Below are positions 9,830 through 18,997 of a DNA stretch of 41,151 bases, in pieces; positions within the stretch are counted from its first letter, which is position 1; the number at the start of each line of letters is the position of its first letter. The stretch covers positions 1 to 41,151 of the forward strand of contig JAPDJF010000024.1 in NCBI GenBank assembly GCA_029259185.1. Reading direction: 5' to 3'. A program made the translations under genes and the position numbers. The stretch is from Hadesarchaea archaeon. Its GTDB lineage: Archaea > Hadarchaeota > Hadarchaeia > Hadarchaeales > WYZ-LMO6. A model generated the notes under the pieces. That model was not told the origin of the DNA, did not search any database, and saw nothing but the letters and a program-made list of their open reading frames with translations.

Positions 9830-10735
9830 ATGGGACTGGCAGCCCAAGCTTCAGCTTTGGCAAAGCGCTTACTCCCGGATAAGATCCTGGAGAGAATGGA
9901 TCGAAAACTGCTGTCTGCGGGAATCGCGCTCAGCGCCGAGGAATATGCGGGATTATGCCTGCTCCTCTCCATCCTAGGAGGCGCTATCCTAGGGATCCTA
10001 GGAATTCTATTGATCAAAACGATACCCACTCCGGTACTCATCACCGGAGGGGCCGCGGGTGTTTTCTTTGGGTCCACCTTTGGGATTCCCTCCTACCTAG
10101 CCCAACGAAGGGCTGCGGAACTCGAGAGGAATTTACCTGACGCCCTCCGTCAGATGTCGAGCACGCTCAGGGCCGGGATGAGCATAGATGTGGCCATGGA
10201 GGAAGTGGCGAAAGCGGACTATGGAGCTCTCTCAAAAGAATTCGAACGCGGGCTGGCGGAGGTCAGGAGGGGAAGACCGCTAATCGATGCCCTGTGGGCC
10301 ATCTCGATCCGCTCGAATTCACCCCTCTGCGAGCGGGCTTTTAGCTTGGTCATCGAAGGCATAGAACGGGGGGTAGCCCTCGCAGATGCACTCAACGCTG
10401 TAGCCACCGATATACGGGAGATACACGCGATCCAGAGGGAGAGGAGGGCCACCACGATGCAGCAGGTGTTATTCCTCCTTGCTGTCTCGCTCTTCGCCGC
10501 ACCTTTCATCATAGGACTTACCGTCTCCATAGCATCTGGGGGTGAAGGAGCAGCCATCATGCTTCCAGAAGGAATGGATACCATCGCCTTAGCTTACTCC
10601 GTGATCCAAGCGTTTATATGCGCCCTAGCTGTGGGGATAATCAGGTACGGAAAAGTATCGAAAGGGTTCACATTCATTTTGCCGTTCACGGCGACCGCAG
10701 CCATCGTTTTTCACTTGCCGGCTTTTCTAGTGTGA
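9830..10735 (+). CDS. Second TadB/TadC (type II secretion F domain) protein
   Basis: LPDALRQMSSTLRAGMS...YGALSKEF and TM helices; paralogue of the preceding gene. Confidence 0.88.
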   Translation: MGLAAQASALAKRLLPDKILERMDRKLLSAGIALSAEEYAGLCLLLSILGGAILGILGILLIKTIPTPVLITGGAAGVFFGSTFGIPSYLAQRRAAELERNLPDALRQMSSTLRAGMSIDVAMEEVAKADYGALSKEFERGLAEVRRGRPLIDALWAISIRSNSPLCERAFSLVIEGIERGVALADALNAVATDIREIHAIQRERRATTMQQVLFLLAVSLFAAPFIIGLTVSIASGGEGAAIMLPEGMDTIALAYSVIQAFICALAVGIIRYGKVSKGFTFILPFTATAAIVFHLPAFLV

Positions 10736-10919
10736 ACTACCGCACCGCTAAAGCGGTGGCTTCATGCTTCGACGACGAGGCTCGATCCCCCTTGGAAGGG
10801 GGGTTACGGGGGTCTTGGTCTCCAGGCGTTCGTTCGGGCCGTTAGCTATTGCGGAATCGGCCCTCGGCACGCATTCACCCCACGGCTAAAGCGCTCGGGG
10901 TTTCTCGCTCGATTCCGCT
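10732..10919 (-). mobile_element. Non-autonomous IS200/IS605 mini-element (PATE) with omega-RNA-like right end
   Basis: Two subterminal TTTA-loop hairpins (CACCGC-TAAA-GCGGTG at 10743-10758; CCCCACGGC-TAAA-GCGCTCGGGG near 10878-10900); minus strand ends GAAGCATGAAGCC...GGTAGTTCAC as in tnpB right ends; TTTAG target motif at 10920-10924. Confidence 0.8.
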
Positions 10920-11028
10920 CTAAATTTTCGCGTATCTAACGAACTAACGAACTTCAATTTTTTTAAATAGAGAACTCCGATTCTTTATGATTATTCAATA
11001 CTTCTGAGGGCTCTGGAGGATGATTTGA

Positions 11029-11583
11029 ATGGATCCTAAGGGAGCTGAGCGGGATCTGCCCGAGGTGTGTCGGTTTTGCGGGTGTTGGGGAAAAGTAAGC
11101 AAGCTAGTGAACCACCTCCGAGAACTTCTGTCAGAGAAGGAGAAAGCGGGAGAGGAGTGCCTCTCAAAACTTCGGTGGTTAAAAGCTGAATTCGAGAACT
11201 ATCAAAAAAGGAGTGCGAAGGAGAAGGAGGAATTGATCGAGCTCGCAAATCAAGAACTGATACTGAAGCTCCTCGATGTCTTAGACAACTTCGAGAGGGC
11301 TCTAGAGAGTGCCAAAAAAGGGGGGGATAGAGGTTCGGTGATCCAAGGGATAGAAATGATCCACCAACAACTCCTTAAAACCTTGGAAGAGGAAGGATTA
11401 TCCCCTATAGAGGCCCTCGGAAAGCCTTTCGATCCGTTTAAACACGAAGCTGTTGAAAAGGTAGAATCTCAAGAGCATGAGGATGGAACGATAGTCGGGG
11501 AAATCCAGCGGGGGTACCAGTTCAAGTCCAGAGTTTTAAGACCGTCCAAGGTAAAAGTGGTTAAAAACCCTTCCCCCAAATAA
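11029..11583 (+). CDS. grpE: Nucleotide exchange factor GrpE
   Basis: AEFENYQKR, LLDVLDNFERAL, FDPFKHEAV, GYQFKSRVLRPSKVKV; upstream of dnaK. Confidence 0.95.
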   Translation: MDPKGAERDLPEVCRFCGCWGKVSKLVNHLRELLSEKEKAGEECLSKLRWLKAEFENYQKRSAKEKEELIELANQELILKLLDVLDNFERALESAKKGGDRGSVIQGIEMIHQQLLKTLEEEGLSPIEALGKPFDPFKHEAVEKVESQEHEDGTIVGEIQRGYQFKSRVLRPSKVKVVKNPSPK

Positions 11584-11605
11584 TAATTTTATTGGGGTGT
11601 AGAGG

Positions 11606-13450
11606 ATGGCGGAGAAAATCATCGGAATCGACTTGGGCACCTCCAACTCGGCGGCGGCCGTCTTACAGGGGGGGAGACCGGTACTCATCCCGAGCGCCGA
11701 GGGTCTTACCCCTTACGGCAAGATGTTTCCATCATATGTGGCCTTTACCGAGGACGGGCAACGGCTCGTGGGTGAGCCTGCAAGGAGACAGGCAACCGTT
11801 AACCCTGAGAGAACCATAACCGGATTCAAACGGAAGATGGGTACGGATTTCAAGTACAGGATCGGAGATAGGGAGTACACTCCTCAAGAACTCTCCGCTT
11901 ATCTGCTCCAGAAGATAAAACAGGATGCCGAGGCGTTTCTGGGCCAAGAAGTGAAAAAAGCCGTGATCACGTGCCCCGCTTACTTCAATGACAATCAGCG
12001 CCAGGCCACCAAAGACGCGGGTACCATCGCCGGACTCGAAGTGGTTCGGATCATAAATGAGCCTACCGCTGCCTCTTTGGCATACGGAATAGACAAATTG
12101 GAAAAGGAACAGAAAATCATGGTCTTCGACTTCGGTGGAGGAACCTTAGATGTCACGGTGCTAGAGTTCGGAAACGGGGTCTTTGAAGTGAAGAGTACGA
12201 GCGGTGACACCCAGCTTGGGGGGACCGATATGGACAACGCCATCATCGACTACATCTGCGAGGAGTTCAAGAAGAATAACGGGATCGATCTAAAGGCCGA
12301 TCAAACGGCGATGGTGAGGATTCGAGAAGCTGCGGAGAAGGCCAAGATAGAACTCTCGACCACCTACACCGCAGAAATAAATCTGCCATTCATTGCCTCC
12401 GATTCTAGAGGACCCAAGCACCTACAAATGCAGCTGACGAGAGCCAAGCTCGAGGAACTCGTGCGACCGATCGTTGAGAGATGCAGGCCGTGTATGGAAC
12501 AAGCCATCAAGGATGCCAAGCTCACTCCTGAAGAGATAGACAGGATAATTCTGGTGGGCGGCCCGACTAGGATGCCTATCGTGCAGCGCTTCGTTGAAGA
12601 GGTGATGGGCAAAAAAGTGGAGAGGGGGGTCGACCCCATGGAATGTGTAGCGTTCGGTGCTGCCATCCAAGCGGGGGTGATAGCTGGAGAATTGAAAGAC
12701 ATATTGCTACTCGATGTTACCCCCCTCACGCTTGGAATTGAAACGCTCGGGGGGATATTCACCCCTCTCATCCCCAGAAACACCACCATCCCCACCAAGA
12801 AGAGCCAAATATTCACCACAGCATCCGACTTCCAAACCGCCGTTACCATCCATGTCCTCCAAGGTGAAAGACCCATGGCCGCTGACAACGTTTCCCTGGG
12901 GCGCTTCGACCTGATCGGGATTCCACCCGCTCCAAGAGGGGTTCCCCAGATCGAAGTCACGTTCGATATCGATGCCAATGGTATCCTACAAGTATCCGCG
13001 AAAGACTTAGCGACGGGGAAAGAACAAGCGATGAAGATCACGGCTCCCATGAAGCTCTCCAAAGAGGAAATAGAGCGAATGATAAAGGAAGCAGAGAAGT
13101 TCGCAGAGCAGGACAAGAAACGGAGGGAGGAAGCAGAGTTACGCAACCAAGCTGATTCCCTGGTCTACACGGCAGAACGAACTCTGAAAGAGTTGGGTGA
13201 CAAACTCAGCAAGGGGGAGAAAGAGGAGGTTGAGCGGATAGCCAACGAACTGAAAGAAGCGTTGGCGGGAAAAGACATCCAGTCGATCAAGGAGAAAATG
13301 GAAAGTTTGAAAAGGGTCTTGGGAGAGGCTAGTGCGAGGGTCTACCAGAAGGTGGGGGGAACGGAGAAGGGTGGAGAAAAGCCGGGGAAGGGAAACGAGA
13401 AAGTAGTGGATGCTGATTACAAAGTCATGGACGAGGGAAAGCAAAATTAA
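11606..13450 (+). CDS. dnaK: Chaperone DnaK (Hsp70)
   Basis: [50 protein letters not shown]. Confidence 0.99.
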   Translation: MAEKIIGIDLGTSNSAAAVLQGGRPVLIPSAEGLTPYGKMFPSYVAFTEDGQRLVGEPARRQATVNPERTITGFKRKMGTDFKYRIGDREYTPQELSAYLLQKIKQDAEAFLGQEVKKAVITCPAYFNDNQRQATKDAGTIAGLEVVRIINEPTAASLAYGIDKLEKEQKIMVFDFGGGTLDVTVLEFGNGVFEVKSTSGDTQLGGTDMDNAIIDYICEEFKKNNGIDLKADQTAMVRIREAAEKAKIELSTTYTAEINLPFIASDSRGPKHLQMQLTRAKLEELVRPIVERCRPCMEQAIKDAKLTPEEIDRIILVGGPTRMPIVQRFVEEVMGKKVERGVDPMECVAFGAAIQAGVIAGELKDILLLDVTPLTLGIETLGGIFTPLIPRNTTIPTKKSQIFTTASDFQTAVTIHVLQGERPMAADNVSLGRFDLIGIPPAPRGVPQIEVTFDIDANGILQVSAKDLATGKEQAMKITAPMKLSKEEIERMIKEAEKFAEQDKKRREEAELRNQADSLVYTAERTLKELGDKLSKGEKEEVERIANELKEALAGKDIQSIKEKMESLKRVLGEASARVYQKVGGTEKGGEKPGKGNEKVVDADYKVMDEGKQN

Positions 13451-13480
13451 GACCCTGCATCGAACTTATCCGGGTAATCC

Positions 13481-14569
13481 ATGAAAAAAGATTATTACGA
13501 AATCCTAGGTGTAAGCAGGAACGCCACCAAGGAGGAGATAAAGAAGGCATACAGGGAACTGGCATTAAAATATCATCCGGATCGAAACAAGTCACCTGAT
13601 GCCGAGGAGAAATTCAAAGAGATCTCAGAAGCTTACGCGGTTCTATCGGACGATGAGAAAAGGGCCCAATACGATCGATGGGGGCACGCTGACTTCACTG
13701 GGCGCTACACCAGATCAGACATATTCAGAGATTTCGACTTCGATATTTTCAGGGACTTCGGCTTCAGCGACTTGGGCCGCATCTTCGAGATGTTTTTCGG
13801 CCGGGAGGAGGTGGGAAAGCGTGCTTGGACATACGTCCACCCCCGGGGGGCAGATATTCAACAAGATCTGGAGATCGAACTCAAGGAAGCCGCTTTTGGA
13901 TCCAAGAGAGAAATCGAGGTAGAAAGGAGCGAGGTGTGCATTGCGTGCAACGGAAGTGGGGGAAAGCCTGGAGGCGGCATCAAGACATGTCCGACATGCA
14001 GGGGCTCAGGGTGGAGAGAGTATACCAAACATCTGGCCTTTGGGTTCACCAGTGTGCGGATGATGTGCGACAGGTGCAGGGGGAGGGGGGAGATAATAGA
14101 GATCCCCTGTCCCGAGTGTAGGGGAAGGGGGAGAGTCCTGAGAACACGAAAGCTCGTCGTGAATATTCCCCAAGGGGTTGAGGAGGGATCCGTGCTCAGG
14201 ATTGCTGGAGAAGGGGAGCCGGGAGATGGAGGACCTCCTGGGGATCTTTACCTCAACATCCACATCAGGAAACATCCCATCTTCGAGCGCAGGGGAAATG
14301 ACATCTTTTGCGAAGTTCAGGTAAGCCTCCCCCAAGCGGCGCTGGGGGCCAAAATTCTAGTGCCTACCCTAAAAGGTAAGACCAAACTCAAGATACCTCC
14401 AGGAACCCAGAGCGGAAACGTCTTCCGTTTGAGAGGGCTGGGGATCCCCAAGCTAGGTGGTGGAAAACCGGGAGACCAGTACGTGAGAGTCCAAGTCAAG
14501 GTTCCCACCTCCCTGACGGAAGAGCAAAAACGCTTCCTTCGAGAATACGAACGTATCTTCGGGCACTGA
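13481..14569 (+). CDS. dnaJ: Chaperone DnaJ
   Basis: J domain with HPD, four CxxCxGxG repeats, C-terminal domain. Confidence 0.98.
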   Translation: MKKDYYEILGVSRNATKEEIKKAYRELALKYHPDRNKSPDAEEKFKEISEAYAVLSDDEKRAQYDRWGHADFTGRYTRSDIFRDFDFDIFRDFGFSDLGRIFEMFFGREEVGKRAWTYVHPRGADIQQDLEIELKEAAFGSKREIEVERSEVCIACNGSGGKPGGGIKTCPTCRGSGWREYTKHLAFGFTSVRMMCDRCRGRGEIIEIPCPECRGRGRVLRTRKLVVNIPQGVEEGSVLRIAGEGEPGDGGPPGDLYLNIHIRKHPIFERRGNDIFCEVQVSLPQAALGAKILVPTLKGKTKLKIPPGTQSGNVFRLRGLGIPKLGGGKPGDQYVRVQVKVPTSLTEEQKRFLREYERIFGH

Positions 14570-14621
14570 CGATCTCTGGGCTCGGCTAAGGTTATTTGTG
14601 GAATCTACTCAAGTGATAGTG

Positions 14622-15911
14622 ATGACCATCCTGAAAGTCAGGTCCTCCAAGCTTAGAGGGGGGATCGAAGCTCCACCATCCAAAAGTTACACTCACCGTG
14701 CAACGGCCATTGCACTCCTAGCAAATGGAGAGAGTGAAATCGATAAACCTTTAACGAGCTTGGACACCAGAGCCACGCTCGATGCATCTAGAATCCTAGG
14801 AGCACGGATCTCCGTTTTCGAAAAAACTTGGAAGATCTCAGGAACTGGCGGTGAGCTGAAACCGAAGGCTAAGACGATAGATGTGCGCAACTCCGGTACT
14901 ACCCTCCGATTCATGAGTGCCATCGCTTCTCTTTCACCCACGCCGATTCGGCTCACAGGTGACCAGTCCCTGCTCAGGCGGCCTATGGGCCCCCTGATCG
15001 ACGCCTTGAGAGAACTTGGCGCTCAAGCGGAGTGTGAAGGCAAGATGGGCCGTCCTCCCGTAGTGGTGGGGGGAGGGATCCAAGGGGGGGAGGTGGAAAT
15101 AACAGGGGGGACGAGTTCTCAATTCATCTCCGCTCTGTTGATAGCTTGTCCACGTGCGAGGGATGATGTGAAAATAACCATCGTGGACGAACTCCGCTCG
15201 AAGCCCTATGTGGAGATGACCCTTCACTTACTCAGTGAGGCTGGAATCAAAATAAGGAAAAATAGAAAACTTACAGAGTTCAGGATCCCTTCAGAGCAGG
15301 AATTCAAACCCCTCAGCCTCACCATCCCTGGTGATTTTTCATCAGCCTCGTTCATACTCGGAGCTGCAGCCGTAACGGGATCGGAGGTGAGCGTGGGCAA
15401 TCTCGACTCCCACTATCCCCAAGGGGACATGCTAATAATTCCCATTCTCAGGGAGTTCGGAGTCGATGTTGAGTTCTCCGGAAGAACCGTGATGGTCTTG
15501 GGTTCGGAGGAATTAGAGGGAACGGAGATCGACTGTGGCGATGTCCCTGATCTCGTGCCAATACTCGCGGTGCTCGGGACGGTGGCGGAAGGCAGGACAA
15601 CCCTGGCGAACATTCCTCATCTTCGCTTCAAGGAGACCGACCGCATTCACGCCTTAGCTTCCGAACTGCGGAAAATGGGTGCTGAAGTGCGGGAACTGGA
15701 AGACGAGTTGAGGATAAGAGGAACCAGAAAGCTGAAGGGAACGTATGTAAACTCCTATGGAGACCATCGAATGGCCATGGCTTTAACCGTTGCTGGACTC
15801 GTCGCAGAGGGTACCACCGTCGTTGGAGGGGCGGAATCCATACCAGTATCTTATCCGCAATTCGTCGAGGACATGCTAACGCTCGGTGCCAGGATCGAGG
15901 TGAAGCCTTGA
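14622..15911 (+). CDS. aroA: 3-phosphoshikimate 1-carboxyvinyltransferase (EPSP synthase)
   Basis: PPSKSYTHR, NSGTTLRF, SSQFISALL, KETDRI, GDHRMAMA; start could be 14598, 14619 or 14622. Confidence 0.97.
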   Translation: MTILKVRSSKLRGGIEAPPSKSYTHRATAIALLANGESEIDKPLTSLDTRATLDASRILGARISVFEKTWKISGTGGELKPKAKTIDVRNSGTTLRFMSAIASLSPTPIRLTGDQSLLRRPMGPLIDALRELGAQAECEGKMGRPPVVVGGGIQGGEVEITGGTSSQFISALLIACPRARDDVKITIVDELRSKPYVEMTLHLLSEAGIKIRKNRKLTEFRIPSEQEFKPLSLTIPGDFSSASFILGAAAVTGSEVSVGNLDSHYPQGDMLIIPILREFGVDVEFSGRTVMVLGSEELEGTEIDCGDVPDLVPILAVLGTVAEGRTTLANIPHLRFKETDRIHALASELRKMGAEVRELEDELRIRGTRKLKGTYVNSYGDHRMAMALTVAGLVAEGTTVVGGAESIPVSYPQFVEDMLTLGARIEVKP

Positions 15912-15980
15912 ATCATTTCATGGAAGGGGGATATCTTTTAGTCAGGCACTCCCACGTTGTTAGGAATCGAGGGTGAGAGG

Positions 15981-17078
15981 TTGGGAAGCATTTTCGGAAA
16001 AATGTTTCGAGTGACAACATTCGGCGAATCCCATAACCTGGGAGTCGGGGTAGTCGTCGAGGGGACTCCCGCTGGCATCCCCCTGAGCGTGAGAGACATC
16101 CAAAAAGAGCTTGAGCGGAGGAGACCGGGGAGGACGGTGATCAGCAGTCCGAGAAAAGAGTTGGATCGTGTAGAAATCCTCTCCGGAGTCTTCGAGGGAA
16201 AAACGATAGGAACACCGATCGCGATGCTGATCCGCAACGTCGATGTGAACTCAAGACCTTACGAGGCGATAAAAGATAGACCCCGTCCAGGCCATGCCGA
16301 TTTGACATATTTCTTGAAGTACGGCCATGTGGATTGGCGTGGAGGGGGAAGGGCGTCGGGGAGGGAAACGGTAGCACGAGTCGCAGCCGGAGCCGTGGCG
16401 AAGAAATTCCTCTCCGAGCACGGAATCGAGGTCTTGGGCCACACCGTCGAGGCCGCCGGGATAAAAGTCGAGAAGGAAGTCGGGTTTGAGGAGATAAAGA
16501 AATACTCAGACAAAAATTCGATGAGATGTGCCGATCCAGAGGTGGCGAGGAGGATGGAGAGGGCCGTACTAGCTGTGGCGAAAGAGGGAGACAGTACGGG
16601 CGGAATCGTGGAGGTGAGGGCCATTGGGGTCCCCCCAGGACTCGGAGATCCGATTTTCGACAAACTCGATGCTGAGATCGCTCACGCGATGATGTCCATA
16701 GGTGCGATAAAAGCTGTCGAGATAGGGGCCGGCACCAAGTTCGCGCGTATGAGAGGATCCGAGGCCAACGATCCCATCACCATCGAGGGGGGGAAGATCA
16801 CGATCTCCACCAATAACTCCGGAGGGATCCTAGGTGGCATAAGTGTGGGAGCCCCAATAATCGTGCGTCTGACCGTCAAACCCACACCCTCGATCTCATT
16901 GCCCCAACACACCGTGAATATCCGAAAAATGAAAGAGACCATGATCGAGCTGAAAGGGAGGTTTGACCCAAACATATGCCCACGCGTGGTGCCTGTAGCC
17001 GAAGCCATGTTGGCTATCGTTCTGGCCGATCACATGCTCCGTTCGGGCAAAGCAAAACCTGATCGGGTGGGTGGATGA
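15981..17078 (+). CDS. aroC: Chorismate synthase
   Basis: TTFGESH, RPGHAD, GGGRASGRET, GGILGGIS; TTG 15981 follows an SD-like GAGGGTGA. Confidence 0.97.
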   Translation: MGSIFGKMFRVTTFGESHNLGVGVVVEGTPAGIPLSVRDIQKELERRRPGRTVISSPRKELDRVEILSGVFEGKTIGTPIAMLIRNVDVNSRPYEAIKDRPRPGHADLTYFLKYGHVDWRGGGRASGRETVARVAAGAVAKKFLSEHGIEVLGHTVEAAGIKVEKEVGFEEIKKYSDKNSMRCADPEVARRMERAVLAVAKEGDSTGGIVEVRAIGVPPGLGDPIFDKLDAEIAHAMMSIGAIKAVEIGAGTKFARMRGSEANDPITIEGGKITISTNNSGGILGGISVGAPIIVRLTVKPTPSISLPQHTVNIRKMKETMIELKGRFDPNICPRVVPVAEAMLAIVLADHMLRSGKAKPDRVGG

Positions 17079-17946
17079 ATTGGAGGGAAGGTCATCTGCC
17101 TGTGCATCAGCGACAGTTGTAAATGCCATCGCCACAGGGGAGGGGGGAGCATTCGGGATAGAACTTAGAGTCCTAGCAAAAGTTAGGCTCGATGAGCACT
17201 CGAAAAAGATCAGGGGAAAGATCAGGGGTGCCCCCCAGGAGGATACCACCCTCATGGAAGTATGCGTGCGAAAAGTACTCGAGTTTCTGGGACTCGAAAG
17301 GGAGTACGGGGCGATCGTCGAAACAGACACAGGCATTCCGATCGCGGTGGGGCTATCGAGTAGTAGTGCTGCAAGCAATGCCGTAGTACTCGCCACTTTC
17401 GCCGCCCTCGATGAGAAACCAAAACCGGAGACGGTGATCGACCTCGCAATAGACGCGTCCTTCGAAGCGGGGGTTACGGTAACTGGGGCACTGGACGATG
17501 CAGCCGCTTCTTATTTAGGTTGCGGGGTGATAACGAACAATCGGGAGCGAAGGATTTTAAAAAAATTCACGATCGATCCCGAGTTGGAGGTGCTGATCCA
17601 TATCCCGCCCGAGAGGACGTATACCTGCTCGGTTACACCTCGGAGAGTCAAATCGATAGCCAAATTCGTAAGAGCGGCCCACCGGCAAGCACTGTTGGGC
17701 AATGTTTTTGGTGCGATGACTCTCAACGGTCTCTTATACTCCTCTGTCCTCGGCCAGGATCCGACCACAGCGCTAGACGCCATATCGAGTGGAGCGATCG
17801 CGGCAGGTTTGACCGGCACGGGGCCGGCGACCATAGCCATCTCAAAACCCGAAAAAAGCCAACGCATAAAGAGAGTTTGGAAAAGTAGAGGTGGAAGGAT
17901 CTTGGTTACCAAACCATCCACCGCTGGAGCGAGGGTGGAAAGCTGA
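17071..17946 (+). CDS. aroK: Archaeal shikimate kinase (GHMP family)
   Basis: ATVVNAIATG, PIAVGLSSSSA, TVTGALDDA, GLTGTGP; aro operon context. Confidence 0.93.
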   Translation: MDELEGRSSACASATVVNAIATGEGGAFGIELRVLAKVRLDEHSKKIRGKIRGAPQEDTTLMEVCVRKVLEFLGLEREYGAIVETDTGIPIAVGLSSSSAASNAVVLATFAALDEKPKPETVIDLAIDASFEAGVTVTGALDDAAASYLGCGVITNNRERRILKKFTIDPELEVLIHIPPERTYTCSVTPRRVKSIAKFVRAAHRQALLGNVFGAMTLNGLLYSSVLGQDPTTALDAISSGAIAAGLTGTGPATIAISKPEKSQRIKRVWKSRGGRILVTKPSTAGARVES

Positions 17947-18731
17947 GAGAAGCAGCACTCGAGAAGCTTCGCAAAGAGATAGATAACATCGATGAGAAGC
18001 TCATCGCGCTGCTGGCGAAGCGAGTTGGGTTCGCTGAGGAGATAGCCAAGCTGAAGAAGAGAGCGGGAAAACCCATCAGAGATGAAAGGAGAGAAGAGGC
18101 CATCATATCTAGGATCAGAGAACTTGCTAAAACGTCCAAACTGGATCCCGAGATCGCGGAGACCGTGATGAGAGTGATCATAGCCCGGATGACCTCCAAG
18201 CAAGTGGAAAAGCTTGAAAAAGCTGAATGGTGGGGTCGGATCCAAGAAGCTTTCAGAGAGTACCCGGCCCAACTTCAAGTAATAAGAACTATCTTCAAGT
18301 ACGGGCTCCGGGTGGGGGAAAACGGGAAGATCATGTGTGGAAACATAAAAGTCCCCTCAATTCAAGTCGCAAAGGAAGCTGGAGTGGACAGGCGCACGGT
18401 CGAGACTACCGCCCGAAGCATACTGAGCGATGAGAGACTCAAGGCGATATTTTCTAACCTTGAGCCGGTGCCGTATCTGAAGAACGTCGCCCAATATCTC
18501 GGCCTTGGGGTGATAGAGATAACGGCCAAGGATGCCACGAAACCGGGGATCATCCACGAAGTATCAGGAGTCCTATCCAAATTCAAAATAAGTGTTCGTC
18601 AAGCCGTAACCGATGATCCTTACCTCGTCGCTCTCCCCAAGTTAACCATAGTGACGGACAGACCTGTGAAGGGAAGAGTCATCGAAGCTCTCCGGAACCT
18701 TCACAGCGTCCAAAGCGTGGTCGTGTACTAA
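17943..18731 (+). CDS. AroQ-type chorismate mutase fused to an ACT-domain amino-acid-metabolism regulator (COG2150-like); probable CTG start
   Basis: In frame upstream of the ORF-track start (18165): LEKLRKEIDNIDEKLIALLAKR...IAKLK...PIRDERREE chorismate mutase signature; continues without a stop into WWGRIQEAFREYPAQ...VDRRTV...PGII...SVRQ. Confidence 0.85.
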   Translation: MREAALEKLRKEIDNIDEKLIALLAKRVGFAEEIAKLKKRAGKPIRDERREEAIISRIRELAKTSKLDPEIAETVMRVIIARMTSKQVEKLEKAEWWGRIQEAFREYPAQLQVIRTIFKYGLRVGENGKIMCGNIKVPSIQVAKEAGVDRRTVETTARSILSDERLKAIFSNLEPVPYLKNVAQYLGLGVIEITAKDATKPGIIHEVSGVLSKFKISVRQAVTDDPYLVALPKLTIVTDRPVKGRVIEALRNLHSVQSVVVY

Positions 18732-18895
18732 CCGGTTTCCTGATCCCCCGTTTCCGCTGAGGGGTGAGACTCCTCGCACGGAGTGGATGCGTTAACCTTT
18801 TTCACTTTTTTCATGCATAGAGCACGATACTCTTTCCAGCCATCTAAGTTCTTCAACTCCAGATACTTTTTCAAAATTTTTTCTCCGGTGGCCAT
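18728..18895 (-). CDS. Possible 55-aa protein (MATGEKILKKYLELKNLDGWKEYRALC...)
   Basis: ATG-started ORF filling most of an AT-rich intergenic gap; protein-like N-terminal half; no family recognised. Confidence 0.3.
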   Translation of the reverse strand: MATGEKILKKYLELKNLDGWKEYRALCMKKVKKVNASTPCEESHPSAETGDQETG

Positions 18896-18997
18896 CTGCT
18901 ACTTCTCTAAGGGAGGGACTAAATCCGTTTCGGAAAGTGCTTCAGAAAGTTCTCCGCAACCCAACATGGAAGTTAAATTTTTGAAAATCCATCGGAT

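Noticed and set aside
10936-10951. Resemblance to the Archaeoglobus HSR1 site CTAAC-N5-GTTAG
   Set aside because: Only the CTAAC half is present, as a direct repeat, with no inverted half
10987-11049. Box C/D-like pattern (ATGATT...CTGA...GATGATT...CTGA) upstream of grpE
   Set aside because: C boxes deviate from RUGAUGA, spacing is irregular, and the segment is explained by the grpE SD and start
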